Shown here: piece by piece, positions 18,219 through 20,000 of the stretch
Layout of the letters: the number at the start of each line of letters is the position of its first letter
Position numbering within the stretch: position 1 is the first letter of the stretch
Assembly (NCBI GenBank): GCA_034226945.1
Contig: CP120458.1
Span: 1,109,627-1,129,626 of the forward strand
From: Picochlorum sp. SENEW3
Lineage: Eukaryota
Length of the DNA stretch: 20,000 nucleotides
Reading direction: 5' to 3'
Program-made: the position numbers and the translations under genes
The notes under the pieces: generated by a model
The model's database searches: none
The model's input: only the letters and a program-made list of their open reading frames with translations
What the model was told of the DNA's origin: nothing

Positions 18219-19695
18219 GGCCTTCTTCCTCTCGGGAGTGTCCGTCCGTAAATGAAGACAATAAAAAAGCGCGACCATGGTATTAGAGCCGGCTCTAAGG
18301 CACCCGTTCGGCCACACTCAGCGTGCTTTTCTCATCTCCCATCACAAGGGAAATTTGACCGGAGATATGATGGTAGTTTCTTTTTTCGTTGTTGTTTTTC
18401 CTCCTACTCCGATGGAAGACCCCTTCTGATGGGAGCGCCTGGATATGTGGAGCACACAGCAGTCAGGAGGAGGAGGAGGAGAGCTGTGCTGTGAAAGCAG
18501 TCTTTCTTTGCTATGAAACACGACCAGATCTTCCCATTTTTTCAACGAAGCGTCGCATTTATATGCTACCCTTATTACAGCAACACATGAAATCAACTGA
18601 AGGAAGCATGCCATGCATGGTGATGAGATACTTGTTCCAGCAATGGTGCAATGCCACTCTAGTGAGCTTGCCACAGCCTGGTTCTTGGTTGTTGTTGTTG
18701 TGAAGGAGACGATCTTTTTCATTCTTTTTCTTGTTTCATGTCTTCTATTTATTCTTTTTATATATGCTACTATTATTATACCTCTCTCTATCTCATATGG
18801 TGTCTGTGTAGGGTAGCTCCTGGTTCTTCTTCTTGTGTGTATGAGACTTGTGTGTTTCGTTCTGTCCTAGTGTCGAGTGGTTGTTATTGTTGCTCGTGTC
18901 GATTGTTGTTGTGCATGTTAATTATCATTATTACTATTATTTCTGTAACTATCATGAGATATTCACTTTCTTTTGATTGCTTTGCTTTGTTGGTGTGTTG
19001 TCTTGTGTTACAGTAGTAACAGTAGCAGTAGCAGAGCTTGTGGTGTGTGGTGTCCAAGGAGTTGTTTCAGGTGGTGTGCGACGCTTTGATGACTGCTTTA
19101 TTTTACTATATACAACACCCTTTTCTTGCTTGGTTTGGTTGGTATTTTTGTGGTGGTTCCCAGTGAAGTCAGTCAAGTCCAGGGATGGTGATGGGAAGAT
19201 CGCCATTCTTCTTGTTCCGAGATGCTCCCTCTTTCTTCCGAGGGCACCATCATCATCACCTGTTTGTTCCGCGTGGGTGTGCGACGTTTTTTTACATGAT
19301 GGGTGTTTATTATTATTATTATTATTGGTATTCTTCTTACTTACTTACTTAATATTGTGTCCTTCTGTTGTTGTTGTTGCTGTTGTGAAAAAGGACAGAG
19401 ATTCTTTTCATTCATGCATAGTATAGCATAGTATAGCATAGTATAGATTGTTGTTGTGTCATTATGATTATTATGAGATTTGTATCTTTTGATTTTGGTT
19501 TTGTTTTGCTTTGCTTTTGTGTTGGTTGCTGTTGTTGTTGTCTTCTCTTGTTGTTGTAGTAGTAGGAGGAGGAGGAGGAGCAGTAATAGTAGCAGAGCTT
19601 GTGGTGTGCCGTGTCTTTTGTTGTTGTCGTTGTCGTTGTTGTATATATAGTAGTAGGTGCTTATTATACTACTTATTCTTCTTCTTGATATTGTA
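18219..19695 (+). repeat. ~1.47-kb diverged direct repeat, copy B
   Basis: See copy A; differs by many indels in (TTA)n, (TAG)n, (TTG)n, (GGA)n and (ATAGY)n tracts. Confidence 0.93.
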
Positions 19696-19910
19696 TTGTA
19701 TATTCTGGTTCTTTTGGTGGTGTTTTTGGATGTTTTTTTGGTTGGTGTGTTTTTTTGGTTAGGGTATTTTGGTCTTGTTGGTGGTGTTTTTTCTTGGCTT
19801 TATTTTTGATTTTTTGGATATTTTCTTATTTTTGGGTAGTTTTTTGTTTGTTTTATTTAGAAATTGTGTTTATTTTTGTTTGTGTGGTGGGAAGTGGGGT
19901 GAATATGGTG
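19696..19910 (+). repeat. Extreme T/G-rich low-complexity tract
   Basis: ~200 nt with very few C residues (TTTTTGGTGGTGTTTTTGGATGTTTTTTTGGTTGG...). Confidence 0.8.
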
Positions 19911-20000
19911 TAATATACCCTCATTACCCTCCTGCCAAGAACGACGGTATGCACAGGGTATAGGGTATAGGGAGCAATACGTAACTGAACGAAGTACTGA

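Larger units (their letters stand above)
15140..18277. mobile_element. Possible ~3.1-kb module bounded by a degenerate + motif (15140) and a good - motif (ending 18277)
   Basis: TGGTAGTTTCTTTTCGATGTTGG...CCGATGGAAGAC at left; CCGTCCGTAAATGAAGACAATAAAAAAGCGCGACCA at right. Confidence 0.3.

Noticed and set aside
14988..19695. LTR retrotransposon with 1.46-kb LTRs
   Set aside because: No TG...CA ends, PBS or PPT recognised, and no gag/pol remnants in the 1.8-kb interior.
15300..19963. Many hydrophobic or Cys/Tyr-rich 60-150-aa ORFs
   Set aside because: They are translations of (TTG)n/(TTA)n/(TAG)n low-complexity DNA, and frames are not conserved between the two repeat copies.
9240..20000. Fanzor/TnpB, DDE transposase, reverse transcriptase or giant-virus hallmark gene
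   Set aside because: No RuvC (DRDxNAA), DDE, YxDD or capsid/ATPase motifs were seen in the frames inspected; only stop-riddled fragments.

Overview
Eukaryotic nuclear DNA, most likely from a compact-genome green alga. This is inferred from very short intergenic spacers, few short GT/GC-AG introns and TGTAA poly(A) signals; it looks Picochlorum-like, but that is not verified. Bases 1-9219 are gene-dense: a PP2A B'/B56 subunit (-, runs off the left edge), eIF2B gamma (+), a hypothetical protein (-), a type II membrane sulfotransferase-like protein (-), a triple-RRM protein (+), a possible 39-aa sORF (-) and a three-exon membrane-anchored coiled-coil protein with a probable GC-AG intron (+). From ~9240 to the end there is no convincing intact gene. 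This part is organised by about 13 copies of a ~40-bp motif, TGGTCRNNNTTTTTTATTGTGTCTNTTTACGGACGG, in both orientations. The copies pair up like nested and back-to-back terminal inverted repeats around 0.8-3.2 kb modules, several with an ATG ~80 nt inside and a decayed paralogous ORF; two also carry TGTAA signals. This resembles a nest of Pack-MULE-like elements, but no transposase is visible. The region also holds a five-copy 160-bp tandem array with hairpin potential, flanked by two diverged ~1.46-kb microsatellite-rich direct repeats, and ends in strongly T/G-skewed DNA suggestive of a subtelomere.
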